64,000 nucleotides of DNA from Longimicrobiales bacterium. GTDB lineage: Bacteria; Gemmatimonadota; Gemmatimonadetes; Longimicrobiales; Gaopeijiaceae. How positions within the stretch are numbered: the stretch's first letter is position 1; each line of letters starts with the position of its first letter. Location of the stretch: assembly GCA_963664435.2 (NCBI GenBank), contig CAXXKM010000003.1, positions 960,001 through 1,024,000 on the forward strand, in the 5' to 3' direction. The translations under genes were made by a program, and so were the position numbers. The notes under the pieces were generated by a model. The model saw only the letters and a list, made by a program, of their open reading frames with translations. It searched no databases and was not told the origin of the DNA. This document shows, one piece after another, positions 39,942 through 49,509 of this stretch.

Positions 39942-41174
39942 ATGAGTCGCCGCCGCAGTTTTCTGATCGCCGCAGGCATCCTCGGGGGCGCCGTCGTCCT
40001 GGCAGCCATCATGATCGCGCTGCGTCCCGAACCGCCGCTGCGGGAGCCGGGCTCGCAGGCGCCGTTCGTCACGACCGCCCCGGCCACCGCCCGAGAGGGC
40101 GCCATCCCGGTCTACAGCGCGGGCACAGTGCGTCCGCGCGCAGAGATCGACGTGGCCGCGCAGATCAATGGCAAGGTCGCGTCGGTCGCGCCCGCCTTCC
40201 AGAGCGGGGGCCGCATGAGCGCGGGAGCGGTCCTCTTCCGTATCGACGACGCGGACTACCTGAACCGGGTGCAGCAGGCGCGCGCCAACGTCGCCGCGCA
40301 GTTGGTCGCCCTCCTGCAGGCCGAGGAGGAGGCCCGTATCGCGCGCGCCGAGTATGAGGGATTCCTGCGCAGGCGGGGAGACGGCGCTCCCCCGGGCGAG
40401 GCGAGCCCGCTTACGCTCCGGGAGCCGCAGCTGGCCGCCGCGCGGGCCGCGCTGGCGCGGGACAGCGCGTCGCTGGCCGACGCGGAGCTGGCGCTTTCGC
40501 GGACGGAGGTGCGCGCGCCCTTCAGCGGCATCGTCCGGAACGAGGCGGTGGACGTCGGGCAGTTCGTGGCCGCCGGGCAGGGCGTGGGCCGGCTCTACGC
40601 CGACGACGCCGTGGAGGTGGTGGTTCCCCTGTCGGACGCAGATGCGGCGCTCATCCCGGACCTGTGGATGCTGGATGCGGGCGACGGCGATGCCAGCGTC
40701 GAGGCCACGGTGATCGCGGAGTACGGGGAGCGCACCTACGCGTGGTCGGGATACGTGGACCGCGCCGAGGCGGCCCTGGACGAGCAGACACGCACGATCG
40801 ACGTGGTGGTGCGCGTCCCCGACCCGTTCGGGGGCGGCCGGTCGACCACCTCCGGGGGCGACGGCGCGGAAGCGGAGGACGGCGCGGGCGGTCCACCCCT
40901 CCTGGTCGGTCAGTTCGTGGAGGTGCGCATCGCCGGAGCAGCCCCGGAGGGATACTTCACCGTGCCGCGTTCCGCGCTGCGGACCGGCAACGAGATCTGG
41001 GCGCTGCGCCAGGACACCCTGGTCACCATCGTCCCGGTGGGCGTCCTGCAGCGCGCCGACGAACTCGTGTACGTCACCGGCTCGTTGGATAACGGACAGG
41101 CGGTGGTCCTTGGCGGCCTCCAGTTCGCGACCGAGGGCATGGTGGTCCGGACGGGCGCCGACGGCCCCGGATGA
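39942..41174 (+). CDS. RND periplasmic adaptor (MFP)
   Basis: N-terminal TM, lipoyl half-motifs AAQINGKV / VRAPFSGIV, coiled coil. Confidence 0.92.
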   Translation: MSRRRSFLIAAGILGGAVVLAAIMIALRPEPPLREPGSQAPFVTTAPATAREGAIPVYSAGTVRPRAEIDVAAQINGKVASVAPAFQSGGRMSAGAVLFRIDDADYLNRVQQARANVAAQLVALLQAEEEARIARAEYEGFLRRRGDGAPPGEASPLTLREPQLAAARAALARDSASLADAELALSRTEVRAPFSGIVRNEAVDVGQFVAAGQGVGRLYADDAVEVVVPLSDADAALIPDLWMLDAGDGDASVEATVIAEYGERTYAWSGYVDRAEAALDEQTRTIDVVVRVPDPFGGGRSTTSGGDGAEAEDGAGGPPLLVGQFVEVRIAGAAPEGYFTVPRSALRTGNEIWALRQDTLVTIVPVGVLQRADELVYVTGSLDNGQAVVLGGLQFATEGMVVRTGADGPG

Positions 41175-44100
41175 ACCGCCCCGACGAGCCTTCGCCGGAC
41201 GGGCACTCGTCGAACGACCCTTCGCGGGAGGCGCGCGGCCCCATCGCCTACATGGCCCGCAACGGGGTCGCCGCCAACCTGCTCATGTTCTTCATTCTGG
41301 CCGCCGGTTTCTTCTCCCTGGGCGACCTTGTCCAGGAGGTCTTTCCGGAGATTTCCCTGGACCAGGTCGTCATTTCGGTCCCCTATCCCGGCGCTACGCC
41401 CGAAGAGATCGAAGAGTCGATCCTGCGCAAGATCGAGGAACGGATCGAGGCCGTCGACGACATCAAGGAGGTCCGTTCGACGGCCGCCGAAGGGCGGGGC
41501 TCGGTGGCGGTCGCACTCGAACTGGGCGCGGATATCGGACGGGCGCTCGATGACATCAAGGCGCAGATCGACCGGATCCAGACCTTCCCCGCCGGCGCGG
41601 AGCGCCCCGAGGTCAGCGAGCTGACCAATCGCCAGAGCGTCATCCGCCTGGTGCTGTTCGGCGACGCAGGCGAGCGCACGCTCAAGGAGCTGGCCTACCG
41701 CACCGAAGACGGGCTCTCGGCGCTTCCCGTGGTCTCCTACGTCGAGACGACCGGCATTCGCGACTACGAGATCTCCGTCGAGGTTCCCCAGCATCAGCTG
41801 CGGGCGCTGGGCCTGACCCTCGGGGACATCGCCAACGCGGTGCGGGGCGGGTCCCTCGACCTGTCCGCGGGGAGCATCGATACGCGCGACGAGGAAGTAC
41901 GCATCCGCACCACGGGGCAGAACTACAACCAGCACGACTTCGAGGAGATCATCGTCCTCAGCCGGGCCGACGGCACCGTGGTGCGTCTGGGGGACATCGC
42001 CGAGGTGCGCGACGGCTTCCGCGACGTGGATCTGATCACCCGCTACGAGGGTGCGCCGGCGGTCTATGTGGAGGTCTTCCGGACCTCCGACGAAAAGGTG
42101 CTCGACATCGTCGAGGCCGTCGAGGAGCACCTGCAGGAGGAGGTCATCCCCGCGCTGCCCGCGGGTGTGGGACTCGAGGTCTGGAACAACACCGGACGGA
42201 TCTTCGAGAGCCGCCTCGGGCTGCTGGTGAAGAACGGCCTCATCGGCCTGGCGCTCGTGCTCCTCTCCCTCACCCTGTTCCTGGATCTGCGGCTCGCCTT
42301 CTGGGTGGCGGTCGGAATCGCGGTGTCCTTCGTCGGCACCTTCGCCGTGATGAACTGGCTGGGCGTGTCGATCAACATGATGACGCTCTTCGCCTTCATT
42401 CTCGCCGTCGGGATCGTCGTCGACGACGCCGTGGTGGTGGGCGAGAACATCTACGCCGAGCGGGAGAGGGGCTGGCGCGGGGTGGACGCGTCCATCCGCG
42501 GGACCCGTCGCATTACCGGACCCGTCGTCTTCGCGGTTCTGACCACGGTGGTGGCCTTCTGCCCCCTCTTCTTCGTCCCGAGCACAATGGGGAGGCTCAT
42601 GACCATGCTCCCCATCGTCGTGATCTCCGTCCTCCTGTTCTCGCTCGTCGAATCGCTGCTGGTTCTGCCGAACCACCTCTCTCACCTGCCGCGCCATGTA
42701 ACGCGCCGTCATCGAACCCGGGACCACCTCGTCGCTCGCATCCAGGGGAGCGTGGACCGGACGCTGAAGAGCTTCGTGCGGGGACCCCTCGACCGGTCCC
42801 TGAGGGTCGCCACTGCGCAGCCCGGGCTGGTCATCGCCACCGGCGTCGCGCTCATCATTCTCTCCGTGGCCATGGTGCCGGCGGGCATCATCAGGGTGAA
42901 CTTCATGCCTACGGTGGAAGCGGACCTGGTCACGGCGACGCTTGAGATGCCCGAGGGCACGCCTGCGGGGCGCACCTCCGAAGTGACGGATTACATGGAG
43001 GCGGCCGGGCACCGGGCCATCGCGCGGCTGTCGCCCGAAGATCCGGGATCGCTGCTGGAAGGCGTGAACGTGACGGTGGGCCAGGAGGCCCAACAGATGC
43101 GGCCCATGGGAGCCGGGCCCGAAGCCGATCCGCGCGCCAACCTGGCGGCGGTGGAATTCAAGCTCGTGACCGCCCAGTTCCGTGACGTGTCCGCGGCCGA
43201 CTTCCAGCAGGCGTGGCGGGATGAGCTGGGTCCCCTGCCCGAAGCCAGAGCACTCACCATCACGGCCGAGCTGCTCGACTTCGGACTTCCGGTTCACGTC
43301 GAGCTCTCCCACCCGGATCCCAAGCGTCTGGCATCGGTCGCCGACACCCTGATGGAGCGGCTACGGGCTTTCGAAGGCGTGTTCGACGTGCGGGCGGATC
43401 AGGATCAGGGGCTCAGGGAGATCCAGCTCGATCTGCGGCCGGAAGCCCGCACCATGGGTCTGACCCTCGATGTCGTGGCACGCCAGGTGCGCTCCGCCTT
43501 CTTCGGCAACGAGGCCGTGCGCGTACAGCGGGGCCGCGAGGAGGTGCGCGTGTACGTCCGCCTGCCCGAGGAGGAACGCAACACCATCGCGGACGTGGAG
43601 GAGTACCTGGTGCGCACGCCCATGGGAAGCGAAGTGCCGCTGGGTCGAGTCGCCTCCGTGCGCCTGGGAAGCTCGCCCACCACCATCCGGCGCACGGATG
43701 GCGAACGCGTCATCACGGTCACCGCCGACGTCGACCGCGAGGTGGTCACCGGGCCCGAGGTGACGGACCAGCTTGACGCCTCCGTTCTCCCGGAGCTGGC
43801 AGCCCGCGATCCGGGCCTGTCCCACAGTTTCGGCGGCGAGCAGCAGGAGCAGGTGGATTCGTTCGGCGCCCTCGCCAGCGGGTTCGCCCTGGCCCTGCTG
43901 GCCATCTACGCCCTGCTCGCGATCCCCTTCGGCTCGTACACCAAGCCCCTGATCATCATGGCCGCGATCCCCTTCGGAATCATCGGCGCGATTGCGGGTC
44001 ATCTGCTTCTGGGGCTGCCGATGAGCATGATGTCGTTGTTCGGCGTGATCGGGCTGAGCGGCGTGGTCGTGAACGATTCCCTCGTGATGATCGACTTCAT

Positions 44101-44383
44101 CAACGATCGCCTCCGGCGGGGAATGCCCGGCAGGGAGGCGATCATCGACGGCGCCAAGGCGCGCTTCCGCCCGATCCTGCTTACCTCCGTGACGACCTTC
44201 CTGGGCGTGGCGCCGCTCGTCTTCGAGCGCAGCCTGCAGGCGCAGTTCCTGGTTCCGATGGCGGCTTCGCTGGGATTCGGCATTCTGTTTGCGACGGCAG
44301 TGCTGATGATGATCGTGCCCGCGCTGACCATGGTGCACCACCGGGTGACCGATCGGGGATCGGTCGCTTCTCCTGCCGTCTAG
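41171..44383 (+). CDS. RND efflux permease (AcrB/AcrD/AcrF family)
   Basis: GIVVDDAVVVGEN, RFRPILLTS; 12 TM with two large periplasmic loops. Confidence 0.95.
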   Translation: MNRPDEPSPDGHSSNDPSREARGPIAYMARNGVAANLLMFFILAAGFFSLGDLVQEVFPEISLDQVVISVPYPGATPEEIEESILRKIEERIEAVDDIKEVRSTAAEGRGSVAVALELGADIGRALDDIKAQIDRIQTFPAGAERPEVSELTNRQSVIRLVLFGDAGERTLKELAYRTEDGLSALPVVSYVETTGIRDYEISVEVPQHQLRALGLTLGDIANAVRGGSLDLSAGSIDTRDEEVRIRTTGQNYNQHDFEEIIVLSRADGTVVRLGDIAEVRDGFRDVDLITRYEGAPAVYVEVFRTSDEKVLDIVEAVEEHLQEEVIPALPAGVGLEVWNNTGRIFESRLGLLVKNGLIGLALVLLSLTLFLDLRLAFWVAVGIAVSFVGTFAVMNWLGVSINMMTLFAFILAVGIVVDDAVVVGENIYAERERGWRGVDASIRGTRRITGPVVFAVLTTVVAFCPLFFVPSTMGRLMTMLPIVVISVLLFSLVESLLVLPNHLSHLPRHVTRRHRTRDHLVARIQGSVDRTLKSFVRGPLDRSLRVATAQPGLVIATGVALIILSVAMVPAGIIRVNFMPTVEADLVTATLEMPEGTPAGRTSEVTDYMEAAGHRAIARLSPEDPGSLLEGVNVTVGQEAQQMRPMGAGPEADPRANLAAVEFKLVTAQFRDVSAADFQQAWRDELGPLPEARALTITAELLDFGLPVHVELSHPDPKRLASVADTLMERLRAFEGVFDVRADQDQGLREIQLDLRPEARTMGLTLDVVARQVRSAFFGNEAVRVQRGREEVRVYVRLPEEERNTIADVEEYLVRTPMGSEVPLGRVASVRLGSSPTTIRRTDGERVITVTADVDREVVTGPEVTDQLDASVLPELAARDPGLSHSFGGEQQEQVDSFGALASGFALALLAIYALLAIPFGSYTKPLIIMAAIPFGIIGAIAGHLLLGLPMSMMSLFGVIGLSGVVVNDSLVMIDFINDRLRRGMPGREAIIDGAKARFRPILLTSVTTFLGVAPLVFERSLQAQFLVPMAASLGFGILFATAVLMMIVPALTMVHHRVTDRGSVASPAV

Positions 44384-46062
44384 GGCCCCTCCCGCGCGCG
44401 CTCGAACTCCGCGGCAAACAGCGCCCAGGCCTCCGGGTCCAGGCGGACATCGGAGGGCGGCGCGTCGACCGGGATGACAAAGCTGTGGGAGGCCGCGTCC
44501 ACTTCGACGGTCACCACCTGGGCGGGAAGCCGATCACGCCCCGTGTAGACCCCGATTTCGAGGGGCATCCGGAACAGTCCCGTCTCCTGCACCTGGCGCA
44601 GGTCCACGCGCACGGTGCCGGCATCGGCGTCGTATCCCCATGAGCCCGCGAAGACCGGATTGCCCCCGTGCCGGAGCCACTGGTCGAAGAAGGGCTGCAG
44701 GTCGTCGCCGGAGGCCTCCTCCATGGCCCTCATGAGGTCGTCGGTGGAGGCGGTGCCGTTCAGGTGGCGGGCATAATAGGTGCGGATGCCCCTCTGGAAG
44801 GCCTCGTCGCCGACCCGCTTCCTGAGCATGTGCAGCACCCAGGCGCCCTTCTGGTAGGTCGCGACGCTGGTCACCCGCGACATGTCCTCGAGGCCGTCGT
44901 GGACAATGCGATAGTCGGGATTCTCCGCGTACCAGGCGTTGACGCGCTCCGCGGCCTGCCGGAGGCCGGTGACGAAGTCGTCCCTGCCGTAGGCGTGCTC
45001 GCGGAAGAGCAGCGTGAAGTAGGTGGCAAATCCCTCGCTCAGCCACACGTCGTCCCACTCGGACTCGGTGACCGCGTTGCCGAACCACTGGTGCGCGATC
45101 TCGTGGATGACGACGTTGCGCCAGCGCACCGGCCTGTCGCCCGTGACCGCGTTCTCGCTGTACATCAGGGCGGTCGCGGCTTCCATGCCCCCGCCGGTTG
45201 CCGGCGAGGTGATGTTGGCAAGCTTCTCGTAGGCGAAGGGGCCCACGTAGTCGTCGAAGAAGGCGAGCACGCGGAGGGTGGGGACCGCGAAGTCGTGGAA
45301 GCCGGCATCGCGGTCGCGCGCGTACACCCAGGTCTGGACCGGCCGGCCGTCGAACTCCCCCAGGTTCTGAACGGCGAAGCGCGCCACGCCGACCACGAAG
45401 AGCCAGGGGGAGATGGGCGCCGACTGCCTCCAGTGGGTGCGGCGCATGCCTCCGGCGAGGTCTGTTTCTTCGACGACAACCCCGTTGGACACCACCTGGT
45501 AGTGCGCCGGCGCTGTGATGACGAATTCACACGCCGCTTTTTCCGCGACATGGTCCACCGTGGGCAGCCAGTTGCGCGCCCGGTTGGGCCAGTTGTCGCT
45601 GAAGAAGGTGCGCTCGCCGTACTTGTTGGGCCCTATGCGGAGGCCGGACGCGGGGGCGCCCCGGTAGCTCACCGTCACCGAATCCCGCTCGCCGGGGCGG
45701 CCTGCCCGGGGCAACCGAACCGTGAGGAGGTCGTTCTCGTGGCGGTACTCGGCGGGACGCCCCGCCGCCCGGACGCCGGTCACCTCCATCCCCTGGCCGT
45801 CGGGCCTCACGCCGATCAGGTCGAGCGGAAGCTCCACGACACCGTCCGCCGTGAAACGGAACCTCACCGTGGCCCGTCCGGTGATCTGGTCGATGTCGTC
45901 GCGGAGCGTCAGCTCGAAGCGGTACGCCTCGATGTCGATGCCGGGGCGTGGGCGCTCGACGACGACCCCGCCATGAGGCTGCTCGGCGACGTGGACCCCG
46001 GGCGCCGTCGTGAGCAGGAGGAGAGCCGGTATCCATGGGAGCGCGAGGAAACTGCGGTGCAT
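44380..46062 (-). CDS. M1 family aminopeptidase, secreted
   Basis: GGME, HEIAHQWFG..WLSEGFATY, YQKG; ATG 46062 with GGAGG RBS. Confidence 0.92.
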   Translation of the reverse strand: MHRSFLALPWIPALLLLTTAPGVHVAEQPHGGVVVERPRPGIDIEAYRFELTLRDDIDQITGRATVRFRFTADGVVELPLDLIGVRPDGQGMEVTGVRAAGRPAEYRHENDLLTVRLPRAGRPGERDSVTVSYRGAPASGLRIGPNKYGERTFFSDNWPNRARNWLPTVDHVAEKAACEFVITAPAHYQVVSNGVVVEETDLAGGMRRTHWRQSAPISPWLFVVGVARFAVQNLGEFDGRPVQTWVYARDRDAGFHDFAVPTLRVLAFFDDYVGPFAYEKLANITSPATGGGMEAATALMYSENAVTGDRPVRWRNVVIHEIAHQWFGNAVTESEWDDVWLSEGFATYFTLLFREHAYGRDDFVTGLRQAAERVNAWYAENPDYRIVHDGLEDMSRVTSVATYQKGAWVLHMLRKRVGDEAFQRGIRTYYARHLNGTASTDDLMRAMEEASGDDLQPFFDQWLRHGGNPVFAGSWGYDADAGTVRVDLRQVQETGLFRMPLEIGVYTGRDRLPAQVVTVEVDAASHSFVIPVDAPPSDVRLDPEAWALFAAEFERAREGP

Positions 46063-46456
46063 TGGGCCTCCAGCGAAACGGACCAGAGAGGAACGCGCGG
46101 TCGTACCGCGACCGTGGAAGACAAACTTGTGGCGAGGCGGTCGTCCCTGCCAGGTATCGCCCTGGGGGACGCCGGTCTCGACGAGGCGAGGAATCCGACG
46201 CGGAGTCCCCGAAGTCCGACGCATCCATCGAAAAGACGCAGGCCCCGGCATCTGCCGAAGTCCCGGGAATTGAAGAAAACACGATTGGGTTTGACGCAGC
46301 GTCGCCGGCGGTGCATATATTAGTCTATCCATTGGGGAGACAATACAGCCGTACAAGACGTGACGTGCGAGAAGCCGTGGGGCTCATTTTAAGTACAGCA
46401 GCCGGGCGCTGGAAAGTGCGATGGCGTTTTGGGAATATACAGCCGGATAAATCAGC

Positions 46457-46672
46457 ATGAAGGATCACCGTAGACAACGAGGGAACGTGGCGTCCGCATC
46501 GGACACTCTGTGCGCGGTGTGCGGCAAACCCGTTCCGGTTGCGCGCGGAGGCGCCACCTGCCGCGCCAAGTGCGCCCGGGCCGACCGGGACCGGGAAATG
46601 CGCCGGGAGCGTGCCAGAGCCTCGGCACGAGCCTGGCTCTACGCCCGGCAGCGCAGGACCGATTCGGCGTAA
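46457..46672 (+). CDS. Possible small Zn-finger protein
   Basis: CAVC-x12-CRAKC followed by a basic helix; weak RBS. Confidence 0.35.
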   Translation: MKDHRRQRGNVASASDTLCAVCGKPVPVARGGATCRAKCARADRDREMRRERARASARAWLYARQRRTDSA

Positions 46673-46754
46673 CCTCCCACGGACGCTGCTGCAAGAGCCC
46701 CTTCGCGCCTCGTTCCCAAACCGCTCTGCTGCGCGGGTATGTGAAGGGTGAAGG

Positions 46755-47870
46755 CTATCCCGACCCCGCCTCCCTTCCGAACATCCTTCTCAGCGCGTGC
46801 CCGTCGGCGGAGCACACGCCCCGCTCGGTTACCAGCCCCGTGACCAGCCGGCGAGGCGTTACGTCGAACGCATAGTTGGCGGCCCGAGTACGCTCGGGGG
46901 TGATCCGGACCGTGCGCTCCACTCCCGCTTCATCAACGCCGCGCACCAGCGTCACTTCGTCCGCATCCCGCTCCTCTATGGGGATATCGGCTCCGTCTTC
47001 CGTCTTCCAGTCGATGCTGGGCGAGGGCACCGCAACATAGAAGGGGACGCCGTTGTCGCGGGCGGCGAGCGCCAGGGGATAGGTTCCCACCTTGTTGGCA
47101 ACATCGCCGGAAGCGGCCGTGCGATCGGTGCCCACGATCACGACATCGACTTTCCCGCGACTCAGCAGGTGGCCGGAGGCGCTGTCGGAGACGAGCGTGT
47201 GCGGCACCCCGTGCTGGCCGAGTTCCCACGCGGTGAGACCGGCTCCCTGCAGGCGCGGACGCGTCTCGCGCACCCAGACGTGCAGGTCGAGCCCTTCGTC
47301 GTGTGCCCGGTACATGGGGGCGGTGGCGGTGCCCCAGTCGACGGTCGCCAGCCAGCCCGCATTGCAGTGCGTGAGCACGTTAAGGGGCCGGCCGGGTGCG
47401 CGCGCGCCACCGTACGCGGCCCGGTGGATCTCCCGGAAGATGTCCAGTCCGATGTCGCCGATGCTCCGGTTGATGCGCACATCGTCTTCGCAGAGCGAGT
47501 CGGCAAACCCATAGGCGGCTCGAGCGCGCCGTGGGGGAGGCAGCGACCTAAGCAGGGCTCCGGAGTTCTCGAGCGCCCAGCGCAGGTTGACGGCCGTCGG
47601 GCGGGTCGCCATCAGCCGGCTCACGGAGGCGGCGAGCGATGCGTTCGAGGGATCGGCGCGCATGGCGAGCGCGACCCCGTACGCGGCGGTCGCGCCGATG
47701 AGGGGCGCGCCCCGCACCACCATGCCGTAGATGGCGTGGGCGGCGTCCGCGGCGCTGGTGAGCCGGCGGATTCGGAACCGGTGCGGCAGCAGGGTCTGGT
47801 CGATGACCTGGACATCCGTGCCCTCGCCCTCCGTGAAGATGCTGCGATAGGGAATGCCCCCGACCCTCAC
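46755..47870 (-). CDS. mtnA: S-methyl-5-thioribose-1-phosphate isomerase
   Basis: IDQTLLPH, VRGAPLIG, RPTAVNL, THCNAGWLAT, ETRPRLQGA, DVANKVGTY, FDVTP. Confidence 0.95.
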   Translation of the reverse strand: MRVGGIPYRSIFTEGEGTDVQVIDQTLLPHRFRIRRLTSAADAAHAIYGMVVRGAPLIGATAAYGVALAMRADPSNASLAASVSRLMATRPTAVNLRWALENSGALLRSLPPPRRARAAYGFADSLCEDDVRINRSIGDIGLDIFREIHRAAYGGARAPGRPLNVLTHCNAGWLATVDWGTATAPMYRAHDEGLDLHVWVRETRPRLQGAGLTAWELGQHGVPHTLVSDSASGHLLSRGKVDVVIVGTDRTAASGDVANKVGTYPLALAARDNGVPFYVAVPSPSIDWKTEDGADIPIEERDADEVTLVRGVDEAGVERTVRITPERTRAANYAFDVTPRRLVTGLVTERGVCSADGHALRRMFGREAGSG

Positions 47871-48343
47871 GGCGCCCCCCGGTCCCGTGGCTCGGTCGCG
47901 CCCGGGGAGGCGGAGCCTGTGCGACCATCCTCGGCCACCGCAACCGGACGGTCCCGCACGCGGTCCACGACGCAGAGAAAGCCGAGCGCCTCTCCGGCGT
48001 CGGCGGAGAAGCGGTGGACATCGCGCGGAGCCACGTACACGACGTCGAGCGCCGAGACCGGCTCCGTGGCCTCGCCCAGGCGCACCGCGCCCCTCCCCTT
48101 CACGATCACGACCGCGTGCCCGTGCTCATGCCGCTCGAGCGACGAATAGCCGTCGGGCGCCACCTCGAAGTACCGCAATTCGAAGCCCAGGCCGGCCTCG
48201 CTGCTTGCCTGACCGGCCCCGAGCAGCGTGTGGCGGGTCACGTCACGGAACCGGGCAAGGCCGTCTTCCCCTTGCTTGTAGCGTCGGGGCTCGATTCCGG
48301 TCCAGTCGCCGGCGCCTCCGCGAATCACCCGAGACCTGCTCAC
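47867..48343 (-). CDS. Cupin, methylthioxylulose-5-P methylsulfurylase-like
   Basis: ELRYFEVAPDGYSSLERHEHGH...HRF..GFLCVVD; GTGA overlaps with both neighbours. Confidence 0.8.
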   Translation of the reverse strand: MSRSRVIRGGAGDWTGIEPRRYKQGEDGLARFRDVTRHTLLGAGQASSEAGLGFELRYFEVAPDGYSSLERHEHGHAVVIVKGRGAVRLGEATEPVSALDVVYVAPRDVHRFSADAGEALGFLCVVDRVRDRPVAVAEDGRTGSASPGATEPRDRGAP

Positions 48344-49506
48344 CGGTTTCCTTCCTCCTGTCGAACTGCCGCTTCCACCAGGCGACGCGCCGCGCCCTCC
48401 AGATCCCGCTGCACCAGGAGGCTTCCGCCGATCAACAGCATGGTGTCCGGCCCGTAGCGGGCGAACCAATGGCCGGCCTCGGCGGCATTCACGCCTCCGG
48501 CAGGCGCGGGAAGAGCACGGCGAAGCGGCACCATGGGCTCCCGCAGGCGTCTGTTGACCGCGTGGCAGGTTTCCTCGGGCCACGAGAAGCGCCCGCCCGC
48601 GTTTACGTACACCACGATGTCGGCGCCCGCAACCCGGTAAAGGGTGCCGAGCAGCACATCCGGGGCAACCCCCTGCGCCCGCCCGGGCGCGGTCTGCGCG
48701 TGCGCGGGGTGGGCCATGACCGCCAGCGCGCGGGGGCCGGCGGCGACACAGCGGAGCGCATCCAGCCCCATCAGGCCCGGGCACAGCACTACGCCGCGGA
48801 GCCCCAGCGCCACGACCCGTTCGAGTCGCTCCTCGAGGGTCTCCAGCGGGCCGGTGACGTTGGGGAAATAGGCGGTGTGTCCTCCCACCGCCGCGTTTGC
48901 GCCCGCGACGGCCTCCGCGATCACCCGCGTGCGCTGGGCGAACGGGGCCGGGCCCTGAACCGCCAGCCCGTGGTCGTCCTTCACCACGTCCACGCCCGCG
49001 CGTGCGAAGGCGGCCGCTTGATGGGCAAGCCCGCCCGCAGGCAGCCCGATCGGCTTGATGGCAGCGCTCACCAGCGGCCGCGCCGGGGCCTTTACCAGGG
49101 AGCGGATGCCCTTGATCCCGAAGCGCGGCCCGGGCAGCGAACGAAGCACGGCCGGCGCAGGCTCGAGCTCCACCAGCCGCACCCCGTCCATGAGCGACAC
49201 GTTGCCGTACGCCACGTTCAGGACCTGGGTGAGCTCCGTCGTGGTGGCGTCCAGCGGGTAGGCGATCCTTGCCAGCCATCCCTCTCCGTGACTCGGCTCG
49301 ATGCGCTCGATGCGGCCGAGCATCCGCGCCTGCAGCCGGTCGCCGCCGACGCCGGGCGGGGCTTCGACCGTCTGCTCGCGCGCGATGGCGCTCGCGAGGG
49401 ACACGGCTTCACCCAGGTGCCCGCAGCTCAGTCGATAGCTGGCTCGAAGGCCGAACGCGCGCACCGGTGCGTCAATCCTCACCCGGCCAGACCGGGTCGC
49501 CGGCAC
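48340..49506 (-). CDS. RuBisCO-like protein (form IV)
   Basis: IAREQTVE, GPRFG, AIKPIG, VVKDDHG, YFPNVT, MAHPA, PAPAGG, LIGG. Start uncertain. Confidence 0.9.
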   Translation of the reverse strand: MPATRSGRVRIDAPVRAFGLRASYRLSCGHLGEAVSLASAIAREQTVEAPPGVGGDRLQARMLGRIERIEPSHGEGWLARIAYPLDATTTELTQVLNVAYGNVSLMDGVRLVELEPAPAVLRSLPGPRFGIKGIRSLVKAPARPLVSAAIKPIGLPAGGLAHQAAAFARAGVDVVKDDHGLAVQGPAPFAQRTRVIAEAVAGANAAVGGHTAYFPNVTGPLETLEERLERVVALGLRGVVLCPGLMGLDALRCVAAGPRALAVMAHPAHAQTAPGRAQGVAPDVLLGTLYRVAGADIVVYVNAGGRFSWPEETCHAVNRRLREPMVPLRRALPAPAGGVNAAEAGHWFARYGPDTMLLIGGSLLVQRDLEGAARRLVEAAVRQEEGNR

Positions 49507-49509
49507 CCG

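Noticed and set aside
47867..49279. 470-aa ORF as one protein
   Set aside because: Only the last 158 aa (cupin, GTG 48343) look real; the rest is an alternative frame of the RLP.
48340..49506. Carbon-fixing RuBisCO
   Set aside because: KDDH motif, short length, no rbcS or prk, and a methionine-salvage context indicate form IV.
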